Below are positions 52,180 to 62,125 of a DNA stretch of 64,000 nucleotides, one piece after another. The notes beneath the pieces are model-generated. The model did not search any database. It saw nothing but the letters and a program-made list of their open reading frames with translations, and was not told the origin of the DNA. Made by a program: the position numbers and the translations under genes. The stretch is from Acidobacteriota bacterium (GTDB lineage: Bacteria; Acidobacteriota; UBA6911). The stretch's first letter is position 1. Each line of letters begins with the position of its first letter. The stretch covers positions 26,350 through 90,349 of the forward strand of contig JAISUT010000047.1 in NCBI GenBank assembly GCA_031271905.1, given 5' to 3'.

Positions 52180-55100
52180 TCACACCCGCTCCATGTTGTC
52201 CAAGAAAAGCAACAGGCGGTTGGCTATGTTGACTTGGCTCGTCCCGCCGTCGTAGTCCAGCGACAGCAGGTTCAGGCGGGGGTAGAGCGCCTTGATCTTC
52301 TTCTCCACCCCTTTGGCGACGATGTGGTTCGAGATGCAGCCGAAGGGTTGGAGGCAGATCACGTTGTTGACGCCGTTCCTGGCGAACGAGACCGTCTCGG
52401 CGGGAAGCAGCCAGCCTTCGCCGAACTGCGCCGCCAGGCTGACGACCTCGGCGGCGCCGTCCGCCTCCTCGAAGATGTCGGGGAACGGGGTGAAATAACG
52501 GAAGCCGCGCCCCGCCGCGTTCGCCCGCGCGATCTGCCGCCGCGCCCAATAGTAGGTCTTGGCGAGGAGGAAGTCCGCCCAAGACGCGCGCTGGAGCCCG
52601 AGGTCGGCGTTGACCCGGAGGTTGACGAACGCCTGCATGAAGAAGGGGAGCAGGCCGGGGGGGGAGACCTCCACCCCCCGCTCCATCAGCCACTGCGCCG
52701 CCGAGCGGTTCGCATAGGAGTTCAGCTTCAGGAATATCTCTCCGACCAGGCCCGCCTTGGGCAGGACGGCGTCCACCACGGCGTCGTCGTAGTCGCGCGC
52801 CGCCTGGGCGAGCAGGCGCATCAAGCCGGAGCGGTCGGCACGGGCGACCAGCGGCCCCGCCAAGGCGAGGTGCTTGTCGGTCAACGCCTGCACCGCGCCC
52901 GGCGCCTTCTCGCGTACGACGGCGGCGTGGTGGAACTTGGATATGCCGTCGGCGAACAGTATCGCCGAGAAAGCCGTGGGCAGGACGCGCCGCCAACTGA
53001 TCCCCAGCCCCTCCGCCTTCTCCACGAAGCCCATCCCCAGCACGGGCACGTCGGCGAAGCCCGCCTCCGCCAAGGCGCCGCGGATGAGGGCGATGTAGTT
53101 CGAGGCGCGGCACTGGCCGCCGGTCTGGCTGATGAGGACGGCGGTCGCGTCCGGGTCGCGCCCCCCTTCCTGCAAGGCGCGCACGATGTCGCCCACCACC
53201 AGCGTCGCCGGATAGCAGACCTCGTTGTTCGCGTAACGCAGGCCGATCTCGGCGGTCTCATCCGTGCTGCGGGGGAGCACCTCCACGTCGAAGCCCGCCA
53301 GCCGCCCCAGCGCAGGCAGCAGCGGCGCGATGAACTCGCTCATGAACGGCACCAGCAACGTGCGCCGCCGGTCTTCACGCCGGAAGAACCTGGTCGGGGG
53401 GAACGGCTTCGCCTTGCGGGGGTTGCCGTCCCGGTAGCGGCGGCTCTCCACCAGCGAGCGCACCCGCAGCTTCAGGGCGCCGGCGCTGGACATGTCGTCG
53501 ATCTTCAGGAGCGTCGGCGCCTTGCCCCGCCGTTTCAACAGGGCGTCCACCTCCTCCTGCAGGAAGGCGTCCGGCCCGCAGCCGAAGGAGGTCAGCTCGG
53601 CGAACTGCACATCGTCGTTTTTGCGCGCCACCCACTCCGCCGCACGGAGGATGCGGTTCACGTACGCCCACTGCCGCACCAGGCGCCCGTCCTCGACGTC
53701 GTAGCCCTCGGCGGCGTCATCCCCGCGGACGATGTCGTCGGTCAACACATCGACGCCGAGCGCCGCGATCATGGAGGACGCCTTGTGTTGGATGAGCGGG
53801 TCGGCGTGGTAGGGGCGCCCCGCCAAGAGCACGGCCGGCCGCCCCGCCTCGCGCGACCTGCGGAATGCCTCCAGGTTCAGCCACCGCACCTTGTCGGCGA
53901 ACTCCGCTTGAGCCCGCTCCGCCTTTTCCAGCGCGGCGGCGGCGAGGGCGTCGCCCACCCCCAGGGAGCGCAGGTAGCGGCGGCAGGCGACCGACAGCAG
54001 CTTCCCGTCCTGGAACGTGACGGCGGGGGAGTCGATGGGGACGTCTGCGGCGGTCACGCTCTTCACCACGTCGCTGTAGCCGGAGACGACGGGGCAGTTC
54101 CAACTGTTGACCTCTCCCGCGCCCTCCCGCCTCTCGTGCGCCACCCAGGGCATGAAGATGCGGTCCACCCCCCGCTCGACCAGGTTGCGGACGTGCCCGT
54201 GGACCAGCTTGGCGGGGAAGCAGAGGTTGTCGGACATGACGCAGCGAGCCCCCGACTCGTAGAGCCCGAACGTGGAGGCGTCGGAAAGCACGACCTCGAA
54301 GCCGCAGGCGCCGAACAGGGCGTGCCAGAAGGGGAACTCCTCGTACATGTTCAACACGCGCGGAACCCCTATCCTGAGCCGAGGCGCCGTCGGGCGGGCG
54401 GCGGCCGCCCCCGCGTCGCGCGCCTGCGCGGCGGGGGCGGCTGCGCGGTCGAACAGCAGGCTGTACTTCTCCGCATAGACGTCGGCGCCGGGGGTCTCGG
54501 CGCCGCCCCGGTTGTGGAACACCTTCTCGCACTTGTTGCCGGAGACGTAGGCGCCGCCGCCGGCGAAGGCGTACCGCGTGACCGCGCAACGGTTTTCGCA
54601 CCCCTGGCAACGGAAGGTCGAGCATGCGGGCGCGGGGACGCCCGCCAGGGCGGAGAGGGCGCGGGGGGCGCGCGCGACCCGCTCGGCGGCGGCCTGCGAC
54701 CGCGCGTAGAGCGCCGCGCCGTAAGCCCCCGCCAACTCGGGGCGGTCGGGGCGGTGGACGGGGCGGCCGGTCAGGCGCTCGAACGCCGCCACGACGGCGT
54801 CGTTGCGCATCGCGCCGCCCTGGACGACGATCTCGTCGCCCAGCTCCTCCACCTGGCGCAGCTTGAGGACCTTGTAGAGGCAGTTCTTGGCGACGGAGTA
54901 GGCGAGCCCCGCCGCGATGTCCCCCACCCCCGCCCCCTCGCGCAACGCCTGCTTGACCTTCGAGTTCATGAACACCGTGCAGCGGGTGCCGAGGTCGGCG
55001 GGCGCCTGCGCCGTCGCGGCGAGCGCCGAGAATTCCGCCGCCGTGCGCCCGAGCGAGCGGGCGAAGGTCTCGATGAACGAGCCGCACCCGGAGGAGCAGG

Positions 55101-56457
55101 CCTCGTTGATCTCCATGCGCACCAGCGCCCCTCGGGAGACGAAGATCGCCTTCATGTCCTGCCCGCCGATGTCCAGTATGAACGACACGCCGGGGGCGAG
55201 CCGCCGCGCCGCCAGGTAGTGCGCCACCGTCTCGATCAGCCCGTACTCCAGGCCGAACGCCGCCTTGACCAGCTCCTCGCCGTAGCCGGTGGCGGCCGCC
55301 GCCGCGACGACGAGCCCGGGACGGGCGCGCCCCAGCTCCGCCAAGGCGCCCCGGACGACATCGAGCGGGCTCCCCTCGTTGGAGGCGTAGCGGGAGAAGA
55401 CGATCTCGCCGTCGGCGTTGGTCGCGACGACCTTGGTGGTCGTCGAGCCGGAGTCGATGCCCAGGTAGACCCCGCCCGCCGGCGCCTGCGCAGCGTCGCA
55501 CGGCGGCGCGACCGGCAACGCGTCCCCGCCCTTGCCCCGCTTCCACTCCTCGTACGCGCCGGCGTCCGCGAAGATCGGCGGCAGCGCGGCGGACTCCCTC
55601 TCCGCGGCGCGCCCCTCCAGCATCCGCAAGAGGTCGCGGGGGGAGAGCCCACGGGAGTCGCCCGGGGCGGACGCCGCCGACAAAGCCGCCCCCCAGGCGG
55701 GCACCAGGTGGGCGTGCTCCGTGACGACGAACTCCTCCGGCGGGAGCCGTAACGCCGTGGCGAAAGCCCGCCGCAGCGCCGGCAGGAAGGTCAACGGGCC
55801 TCCGCAGAGGAACACCTTGGGCGCGACCTCGCACCCGCGCGACAGGGCGGTCAGCGTCTGCAGGGCGACGGCCTGGAAGACGCTGGCGGCGATCTCCTCG
55901 CGCGGCACGTTGGCGCTGATCAGGTTTTGCACGTCGGTCTTGGAGAAGACGCCGCAACGCGAGGCGATGGGATGCACGGCGCGGGCGTCGAGCGCCAAGT
56001 CGTTCATCCCCGCCAGGTCGACGCCGAGCAGGATCGCCATCTGGTCGAGGAAGGCACCGGTGCCCCCCGCGCAGGCGCCGTTCATGCGCAGGTCGGCGCC
56101 GCCGTCCTGCTTGAGGTAGATGACCTTGGCGTCCTCGCCGCCGATGTCGATGAGCGTGGCGATGCCGGGATGCCGCCGCCGGACGAACGCCAGCGCCGCC
56201 GCGACCTCCTGCACGAAGGGGAGTGCCAGGCGCTGGGACGTCCCCATGCCGACCGAGCCGGTCACGGCCAGGCGGACGGGGGCGTCCCCGACCGCCTGCG
56301 CCACGTCGCCGAGCACGTCGCGCAAGACGGCGCCGACGTCGGCGTTGTGCCGGAGGTAGCGGGAAAAGGACAGCGTCCCGCCGGGACGGTCGTCGCCGAC
56401 TTCGACCATGACCGCCTTCAGAGTCGTGGAACCGATATCCAATCCGATGCTTTTCAT
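52180..56457 (-). CDS. giant CoA-substrate-specific enzyme activase: two tandem BadF/BadG/BcrA/BcrD (HgdC-like) ATPase modules, each followed by a DUF2229/HgdB-like dehydratase-like domain
   Basis: Two actin-fold ATPase N-termini (IGLDIGSTTLKAV...; YLGIDSGSTTTKVV...). Cys-rich inserts (CSTFRCQGCENRCAV), and large HgdB-like domains. Length 1426 aa from MKSIGLDIGS. Confidence 0.85.
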   Translation of the reverse strand: MKSIGLDIGSTTLKAVMVEVGDDRPGGTLSFSRYLRHNADVGAVLRDVLGDVAQAVGDAPVRLAVTGSVGMGTSQRLALPFVQEVAAALAFVRRRHPGIATLIDIGGEDAKVIYLKQDGGADLRMNGACAGGTGAFLDQMAILLGVDLAGMNDLALDARAVHPIASRCGVFSKTDVQNLISANVPREEIAASVFQAVALQTLTALSRGCEVAPKVFLCGGPLTFLPALRRAFATALRLPPEEFVVTEHAHLVPAWGAALSAASAPGDSRGLSPRDLLRMLEGRAAERESAALPPIFADAGAYEEWKRGKGGDALPVAPPCDAAQAPAGGVYLGIDSGSTTTKVVATNADGEIVFSRYASNEGSPLDVVRGALAELGRARPGLVVAAAAATGYGEELVKAAFGLEYGLIETVAHYLAARRLAPGVSFILDIGGQDMKAIFVSRGALVRMEINEACSSGCGSFIETFARSLGRTAAEFSALAATAQAPADLGTRCTVFMNSKVKQALREGAGVGDIAAGLAYSVAKNCLYKVLKLRQVEELGDEIVVQGGAMRNDAVVAAFERLTGRPVHRPDRPELAGAYGAALYARSQAAAERVARAPRALSALAGVPAPACSTFRCQGCENRCAVTRYAFAGGGAYVSGNKCEKVFHNRGGAETPGADVYAEKYSLLFDRAAAPAAQARDAGAAAARPTAPRLRIGVPRVLNMYEEFPFWHALFGACGFEVVLSDASTFGLYESGARCVMSDNLCFPAKLVHGHVRNLVERGVDRIFMPWVAHERREGAGEVNSWNCPVVSGYSDVVKSVTAADVPIDSPAVTFQDGKLLSVACRRYLRSLGVGDALAAAALEKAERAQAEFADKVRWLNLEAFRRSREAGRPAVLLAGRPYHADPLIQHKASSMIAALGVDVLTDDIVRGDDAAEGYDVEDGRLVRQWAYVNRILRAAEWVARKNDDVQFAELTSFGCGPDAFLQEEVDALLKRRGKAPTLLKIDDMSSAGALKLRVRSLVESRRYRDGNPRKAKPFPPTRFFRREDRRRTLLVPFMSEFIAPLLPALGRLAGFDVEVLPRSTDETAEIGLRYANNEVCYPATLVVGDIVRALQEGGRDPDATAVLISQTGGQCRASNYIALIRGALAEAGFADVPVLGMGFVEKAEGLGISWRRVLPTAFSAILFADGISKFHHAAVVREKAPGAVQALTDKHLALAGPLVARADRSGLMRLLAQAARDYDDAVVDAVLPKAGLVGEIFLKLNSYANRSAAQWLMERGVEVSPPGLLPFFMQAFVNLRVNADLGLQRASWADFLLAKTYYWARRQIARANAAGRGFRYFTPFPDIFEEADGAAEVVSLAAQFGEGWLLPAETVSFARNGVNNVICLQPFGCISNHIVAKGVEKKIKALYPRLNLLSLDYDGGTSQVNIANRLLLFLDNMERV

Positions 56458-56742
56458 AACCGCGCGTTCACGTCCGATGGTGCGTCCGGCGTCGCACCAG
56501 ACACCACTACCGTCAGCCTGCACCCGCAAGCTCCCCTAGGCCCGCCGCCGACGGGCGCCATCCCGGATGCCGTCGAGTCTCTCACGGCGCTCCAACACAC
56601 GTCAATTAAAATATTTGAAAGGTGAAAATTCAAGTTTCAACCATGCGGGCAACCATGCGGGGAACTCCTTGGCGGCGTGTTTTCCCACTGTTGCAAAAGG
56701 GCGCTTCGATGTTAATATCATCCCGTCTTTCGTCCAAGTCCT

Positions 56743-56850
56743 GGGAGCCTCTAAAAACCTCGCAGACGCAGGTCGAAAAGTGGAGTTTACAAAGGCGAAT
56801 GGGCATTTTCGACCAAGGCGCGACGCAGCGTCCGGGGTTTTCATAGGTTC
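56743..56850 (+). repeat. copy F of the interspersed element
   Basis: GGGAGCCTCTAAAAACCTCGCAGACGCAGGTCGAAAAGTGGAGTTTACAAAGGCGAATGGGCATTTTCGACCAAGGCGCGACGCAGCGTCCGGGGTTTTCATAGGTTC. Confidence 0.85.
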
Positions 56851-56896
56851 TTTTCTTTCAAATCGCAACTATCCGACATCAGAGGGGGGACATACC

Positions 56897-57493
56897 ATGG
56901 GCATGCAAATCACCGACATCCTGGCGCAGATGGGCGGGCTCAAATCCATGGCGCAGGAGCTGGGGGTCAGCGAGAACCAGGCCGCCAGCGGCGCGGCGGC
57001 GCTCCTGCCGGCGATCATGGGCGGGTTCAAAAGGCAGGCGCAGTCGCATCCGTCCGGCGTGGACGGGCTCGGCGGACTGCTCGGCCAGCTCGGCGGCGGC
57101 GGCTTGCTCGACGCGGTGCTGGCGCCGCAACAGACGGACGTGAGCCAAGGCGACAACATCCTGGGACAGATCTTCGGCTCCAAGGACGTCAGCCGCGCGG
57201 TCGCGCAGAAGGCGGCGGCGCAATCGGGGCTCGACTCCTCGCTGCTCAAGAAGATGCTGCCGATGGTGGCGATGATGGTCGCGGGCCACATGTCGAAGCA
57301 ACACGCGGGGTCGGCGGAACCCGCCTCCGCAGGCGGCGGGCTCGGCGGACTGCTGGGCGGCGTGTTGGGGGGCCAGCGCGCCTCCACGGGCGCAAAGCAG
57401 CAGGGCGGCGGGCTCGCCTCCCTGCTGGACATGGACGGCGACGGCAACCCGCTGGACGACATCCTGCGCCTGGCGGGCAAGGCGTTGCATTGA
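56897..57493 (+). CDS. DUF937 (YidB-like) Gly-rich protein
   Basis: 199 aa. Repeated GGLGGLLG blocks and an LLDMDGDGNPLDDILRLAGK C-terminus. AGAGGGGGGA RBS. Confidence 0.45.
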   Translation: MGMQITDILAQMGGLKSMAQELGVSENQAASGAAALLPAIMGGFKRQAQSHPSGVDGLGGLLGQLGGGGLLDAVLAPQQTDVSQGDNILGQIFGSKDVSRAVAQKAAAQSGLDSSLLKKMLPMVAMMVAGHMSKQHAGSAEPASAGGGLGGLLGGVLGGQRASTGAKQQGGGLASLLDMDGDGNPLDDILRLAGKALH

Positions 57494-57652
57494 CCGGGGC
57501 ATGCCCATGAAGCGCGGGCGTGGGGACATGGAGAGGCAAACGGCGGTTTGTGTCGCACGTGCGCATGGCGGGCGCCAGCAGCTCGCGGCTTCGCCGATTT
57601 GTCGCGGGGATGTTGCAGGCTTCGCGACGAAGGCTCGAACGCGGGGCGGCAT

Positions 57653-58358
57653 TCACTCCCGCGTCGCGCATTCGGTCAGACGCCCCTGCTCCATGCGCAA
57701 CGCCCGGTCGGCGAGGGCGGCGGCGGCGGGGTCGTGGGTCGCGAGCAGCACGGCGACGCCCTGGTGCGCGATTTGCCGGAACAGCTCCATCACGGCGGCG
57801 GCGTTCTCGGGGTCGAGGTCTCCGGTCGGCTCGTCGGCGAGGACCAGGGACGGGTCGTTGACCAGCGCCCGCGCGATGGCGACCCGCCGCGCCTCGCCAC
57901 CCGAGATCTCGCCGGGGCGGGTGCGGGTGCGCGCGAACCGCCCGAGGCCGACCTGTTCGAGCAGCGCGGCGGCCTTCGCGGCGGCGTCGCCCGACCGGCC
58001 GGCGGCGGCGAGGAAGAAGGGGAGCCGCACATTGTCCAGGACGCTCAAGCCGCCGAGCAGGTTCGCCCCTTGGGAGACGTAGCCGATCTTGGCGTTGCGC
58101 ACCAGGGACGCCTCCCGGTCGGAGACGCCGAACAGGTCGAGCCCGTCGAGAAGCACGGCGCCGGAAGTCGGGCGCAACACCCCCGCGACCATGTTCAGGA
58201 GCGTGCTCTTGCCGCTGCCGCTCCGCCCGGTGACGCAGGCGAACTCCCCCGCACCGAGCGCCAGGTCGACGCCGGCGACGGCCGCCACCCCCGGCGCGTA
58301 CTCCTTGGACAGGCCTTTCACCTCCACCAGCGGCGCAGGCGTCGCCATCGGGTTCACT
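57653..58358 (-). CDS. ABC transporter ATP-binding protein (LolD/MacB-type exporter ATPase)
   Basis: Walker A GRSGSGKSTL, Q-loop, signature ISGGEARRVAIARAL, Walker B LVLADEPTGDLD, and an H-loop. Confidence 0.85.
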
Positions 58359-59583
58359 CCCCCTCCCGCAGCGTCAGGCACGGATCCGACGCGCCGGCCT
58401 TGACTGCCGCGAAACCCGCCGCCAGCGGGCCGAGCGCCGCCGTCGCCGCGAAACTCGCCACGACCAACGCCGCGACGGCCTCCGGCGCGGGCGTCAGCAT
58501 CGGGAGTTGCAACTTCACCCCGATGTAGGCGTTGAAGGGGAACACCGCCAGCGCCGCCAGCGCGACGCCGAGCGCGCCCCCGGCGGCGCAGACCAGCGCC
58601 GACTCGCACAGCACGAGCGCGGCCAGCCTCCCCTTGGTCGCCCCCAGCACCCGGAGCAGGGCGAACTCCTTCTTGCGCCCGTTCGCGCTCCCGGCGAACA
58701 GCGCCGCCAAAATGAGCGCGGCGGCCAGCCAGATGGCGCAGGAGAGGTCGCGGACGCGCCCCGTGAACTTGCGCAGGCTGCCGGAGATCGCGGAGACGAC
58801 GCTTTGGGAGACGATCACGTCCACGCCGGGGTTGTCCCTCCGTATCCTCCAAGCGACGTAGACGGGGGTGTGCCCCTCGGCGACCTTGACCATGACCGCC
58901 GAGACCGCCCCTTCGGGCACGGGGTCGATGGGCGAATCGAGCTCCTCCGCCTGTGCGGCGGCGACGACCTGCCGGGCGGTGGCGCGGCTCATGAAGAGCG
59001 ACGTGTCGAAGCCCGTCGAAGTCCGGGCGAGCTTGGCGGCCACCGGGTACCGCCTGCCGAACAGCCGCACCGTCCGGTCCGGGCGCACCAAGATGTTGTT
59101 GCCCGCCACCATCTCCCCGTCACGCAGCCCCGAGCCGAGGCTGCGGGCGAGCCACGGCTGGACCACGAAGTCGGTGGCGGGGTCGAAGGCGACCAACTGC
59201 ACCAGCGCGTCGCAGCAGTCCGCCGACAGGGACGTCATGAAAAGCTGCGGGGAGACGCGCTCCACCCCGTCCATGCGGGCGATCTTGTCGGCGACGCCGC
59301 CGTCGAAGTGGAAGTAGCCGGGGTCGCCGCCTAGCAGGATCGCCTCGGCCTTTCGCGCCGCCCCCGCAGGCACGACCATGAGGTCGGCGCCGAACCGCTC
59401 GCCCACGCTGCGCAACCCCCGCTCCAGCCCGATGACCAGCACCGACCCGCCGAACAGGGAGCAACCGACCACGGCGGCGGCCAACATCAGGCAGAGGCTG
59501 CGGAAGGGGCGGCTGCGGATGTTCTCCCACGCCAGCCGCCGCGTCCCGAGCGGATACGAGAAACGTTCGCAGCGCCCGCCCAT
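58354..59583 (-). CDS. FtsX/MacB-like ABC exporter permease
   Basis: N-terminal TM, a large periplasmic domain, and three C-terminal TM helices containing the FtsX signature region. Stop overlaps the ATPase start codon. Confidence 0.8.
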   Translation of the reverse strand: MGGRCERFSYPLGTRRLAWENIRSRPFRSLCLMLAAAVVGCSLFGGSVLVIGLERGLRSVGERFGADLMVVPAGAARKAEAILLGGDPGYFHFDGGVADKIARMDGVERVSPQLFMTSLSADCCDALVQLVAFDPATDFVVQPWLARSLGSGLRDGEMVAGNNILVRPDRTVRLFGRRYPVAAKLARTSTGFDTSLFMSRATARQVVAAAQAEELDSPIDPVPEGAVSAVMVKVAEGHTPVYVAWRIRRDNPGVDVIVSQSVVSAISGSLRKFTGRVRDLSCAIWLAAALILAALFAGSANGRKKEFALLRVLGATKGRLAALVLCESALVCAAGGALGVALAALAVFPFNAYIGVKLQLPMLTPAPEAVAALVVASFAATAALGPLAAGFAAVKAGASDPCLTLREGE

Positions 59584-59586
59584 GCC

Positions 59587-60006
59587 CTACCCCCTGCCGC
59601 GCCGGACGCCCGCGAACGCCCGCCACCCCTGCATGGCGGAGGCGAGCATGAGCAGCGAGCCCAGCACCGCCAGCGCCGGCAGCGTCAGCAGACGGCAGGG
59701 CATATGCGCCCCTTGGCAGACGCCGACCAGGGCGGTGGGCACCAGCAACGCCAGCGCCGCGTCGAGGAAGACGGCGACGTGCAATCCCGGCGCGCAGGAC
59801 TCCGCCCCGCCCCGGGCGCAGAGGATCAACGCCACGCCGAGCAGCGCCAGCACCCCGCCGACGCCAGCCTCGACCAAGGCGGTCCAGTGACAGGGCATCG
59901 ACGGGTCGTCCAGCCCCTCGCAGACCGGGAAGAGCGTGCGCGGCCCGACGGCGACCAGGATCCCCACGAGCACCGCCGGAAGACCCGCGACCAATCTCCG
60001 AACCAT
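59587..60006 (-). CDS. small Cys-containing membrane protein (DUF4418-like), a common companion of FtsX-type ABC exporters
   Basis: 139 aa, four TM helices, conserved Cys residues (PVCEG, PCHW, CARGG, CAPG, CQGAHMPC). Confidence 0.45.
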   Translation of the reverse strand: MVRRLVAGLPAVLVGILVAVGPRTLFPVCEGLDDPSMPCHWTALVEAGVGGVLALLGVALILCARGGAESCAPGLHVAVFLDAALALLVPTALVGVCQGAHMPCRLLTLPALAVLGSLLMLASAMQGWRAFAGVRRGRG

Positions 60007-60065
60007 ATCGCCACCCCCCTTGCGGCGGCCAAGTCGCCGCGCCCCAAGGCGCGCCGCACCCGGCT

Positions 60066-61217
60066 TTAGAAGCTGTACTTCGCACCCAGGTGGATGCGAT
60101 GGTTGACCTGATCCTGCGACGGGAGGGCGTAGTCGGTGCGCATATAGGAGTATTCGACGCCGATCTGCGCCTTGTCCGTCAGGTTATAGAAGAAGTTGGC
60201 GAAAAACCGGTCGTTGAACGTCCGCGCGTTCCCGGAGAGCTCGGCGTCGTCCGGGTCGTCGATGCCATACCCTACCCCCAGTTGGAACTGTCGGGACGGG
60301 ATGTATACGAGCTGCCCCCAACCGCCGGCGCTCTTGATCTCCGTGCCGATGGCGACGTTGACCCCCTGGCCGACACCCCCGAGGTAGTTGTCGAGGTTTT
60401 CACCCGTCCAGGCGACCCCTTGCAGGGTGAGCTTGTCATGGAGCGGCAACTGCACGCCGCCGTGCAGGAGCCAGCTCTGGTAGGTGCCGGGATTCGCGGA
60501 ACCGCGCACCTTCTCGCGGCCATACGCGCCGGAGACGGTGAAGGTGCTCTGCTTGGCGCCGATGAGCTTGGCCTTCACCGCGAGGCTGCCGTGGAAGCTC
60601 GGCGAGGCGGCGGCGTTCTCGTCCGGCTGGGCGTCGCCGTCGTAGTTGGCGCCGTTGCGCCCGTGCTGCACCGCGAGCTTCACGGTCACGGTGGCGTCCC
60701 CGCCCACCTTGGAGTCCTTGGTCAGGCGTATCTGCGGATGCCGGCCGTAGAGGTGCCCCGCGTTCCCCAGGATGCCCGCGTCCACCATCGAGGGGTGGAA
60801 GCTGCTGTAGGTGTCCCAGTCCTGACCGAAACGGAGCGACCAGCCCTCGCCCCACGCCACGTCCAGATAGGCGAGGCGCAGGCGGGGCGAATACTTGTTC
60901 GCGGTGCTCGCCTCCTCGAACAAGTCCCCCTCGATCTTGCCCGTGACCTTCACCTTCCCGCTTTCGTGCCCGGTGATGTTCAGCCCGAGGCGGGTGTCGC
61001 GCGCGCTGAAGGTCAGCTCCTCCTCGCCGCCGCCCACGGTGGTTTTCGGCAACGCCCAGAAGGACAGGTCGCCATACGCCGTGCGCGCCGTGTCATACAC
61101 CGAGTCCAGCTTGACGTAGCCGTAGGGCGTGATCTTCACGCTGGAAGCCTGTTGCGCGAAAAGCGTCGTGCCGCCGAGCGCGGCGAACAAAAACAAAAGT
61201 TGCATCTTCCGAATCAT
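60066..61217 (-). CDS. outer-membrane beta-barrel porin-like protein
   Basis: Signal peptide (MIRKMQLLFLFAALGGTTLFA), alternating amphipathic beta-strands, and a C-terminal aromatic residue (…GAKYSF). Confidence 0.6.
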   Translation of the reverse strand: MIRKMQLLFLFAALGGTTLFAQQASSVKITPYGYVKLDSVYDTARTAYGDLSFWALPKTTVGGGEEELTFSARDTRLGLNITGHESGKVKVTGKIEGDLFEEASTANKYSPRLRLAYLDVAWGEGWSLRFGQDWDTYSSFHPSMVDAGILGNAGHLYGRHPQIRLTKDSKVGGDATVTVKLAVQHGRNGANYDGDAQPDENAAASPSFHGSLAVKAKLIGAKQSTFTVSGAYGREKVRGSANPGTYQSWLLHGGVQLPLHDKLTLQGVAWTGENLDNYLGGVGQGVNVAIGTEIKSAGGWGQLVYIPSRQFQLGVGYGIDDPDDAELSGNARTFNDRFFANFFYNLTDKAQIGVEYSYMRTDYALPSQDQVNHRIHLGAKYSF

Positions 61218-61238
61218 CGCGTTTCCTTTCGTTCGTCA

Positions 61239-61301
61239 GGGAACCTCTAAAAACCCCGGGTGCCGCGTTGCGCCTTGCCTGCGAGGTTTTTAGAGGTTCC
61301 C
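61239..61301 (-). repeat. copy G of the interspersed element: a 63-bp internally deleted (core) form in reverse orientation
   Basis: GGGAACCTCTAAAAACC-CCGGGTGCCGCGTTGCGCCTTG-CCTGCGAGG-TTTTTAGAGGTTCCC. A perfect 17-bp terminal inverted repeat. Confidence 0.85.
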
Positions 61302-61398
61302 ATTCGTCCATTCCGTCCATTCGTCACACACATGCGCATGCGCCCGAGGCGGGCGCGTCACCGCCGCCGTCCGGCGCAGAGGCGGAGGGCGGGGTCGC

Positions 61399-62049
61399 CT
61401 ACCGCGCCAACCCGCACTCCGCCTTCAAGACCTTCACCGCCTCTGCGGCGTCCTTCGCGTAAAGGTCGGCGCCGATCCTGCGGCAGAACTCGGGCGAGAC
61501 CGGGCCGCCCCCCACCATCACCTTGTACTTGGGGCGGAGCCCCCGCCCCACCAGCATCTCCACCAGCGTCTTCATCCCCACCAGGGTGGTGGACATCAGG
61601 GTGGACATGGCGATGACCTGCGCGCCGACCTCCTCGGCCTTCTCCACGAAGCGCTCCACGGCGACGTCGCGCCCCAGGTCGAACATCTCCGCGCCGGAAG
61701 TCTCCATCATCATCTTCACGATGTTCTTCCCGATGTCGTGGGTGTCGCCCTTGACCACGCCGATCACCACCTTCACGGCCTTTTCGCCCCGCTCCGTCTC
61801 GATGTGGGGCTTGAGCACCTCCAGGCCGGCGTACATGGCGTCGGACGCCGACAGCACCTCCGGCACGAAATACTCCGACTCCGCATAGAGGCGGGACACC
61901 TCGTCCATGCCCGGTATCAGCCCCCGGTACAGCGCCTCTTTCGCCGGGACGCCCTCTTGCAAAGACCGCCCGCACAGCTCCGCCGCCCGCTCCTCCTCCA
62001 TGTCCACGACCGCCTGCGCAATCGACTTCAACAGCCCGTCCTTGTCCAT
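61399..62049 (-). CDS. cobalamin-binding corrinoid protein of a methyltransferase system (MtbC/MttC/MtaC-like)
   Basis: B12-binding DxHxxG motif (GDTHDIGKN), Rossmann-like B12 domain, and an N-terminal helical cap. Confidence 0.85.
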   Translation of the reverse strand: MDKDGLLKSIAQAVVDMEEERAAELCGRSLQEGVPAKEALYRGLIPGMDEVSRLYAESEYFVPEVLSASDAMYAGLEVLKPHIETERGEKAVKVVIGVVKGDTHDIGKNIVKMMMETSGAEMFDLGRDVAVERFVEKAEEVGAQVIAMSTLMSTTLVGMKTLVEMLVGRGLRPKYKVMVGGGPVSPEFCRRIGADLYAKDAAEAVKVLKAECGLAR

Positions 62050-62125
62050 CGCCAACCGCCCCCTGTCATATCCCTGCCGTTTCCCCCGCGACGCCGTGCG
62101 CAGGTGCACGGCGCCGCCGAGCCCG

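Noticed and set aside
52024-55752. 1242-aa plus-strand ORF antisense to the double activase gene
   Set aside because: The activase reading frame on the minus strand has unambiguous ATPase motifs. The antisense ORF is a GC-skew artefact.
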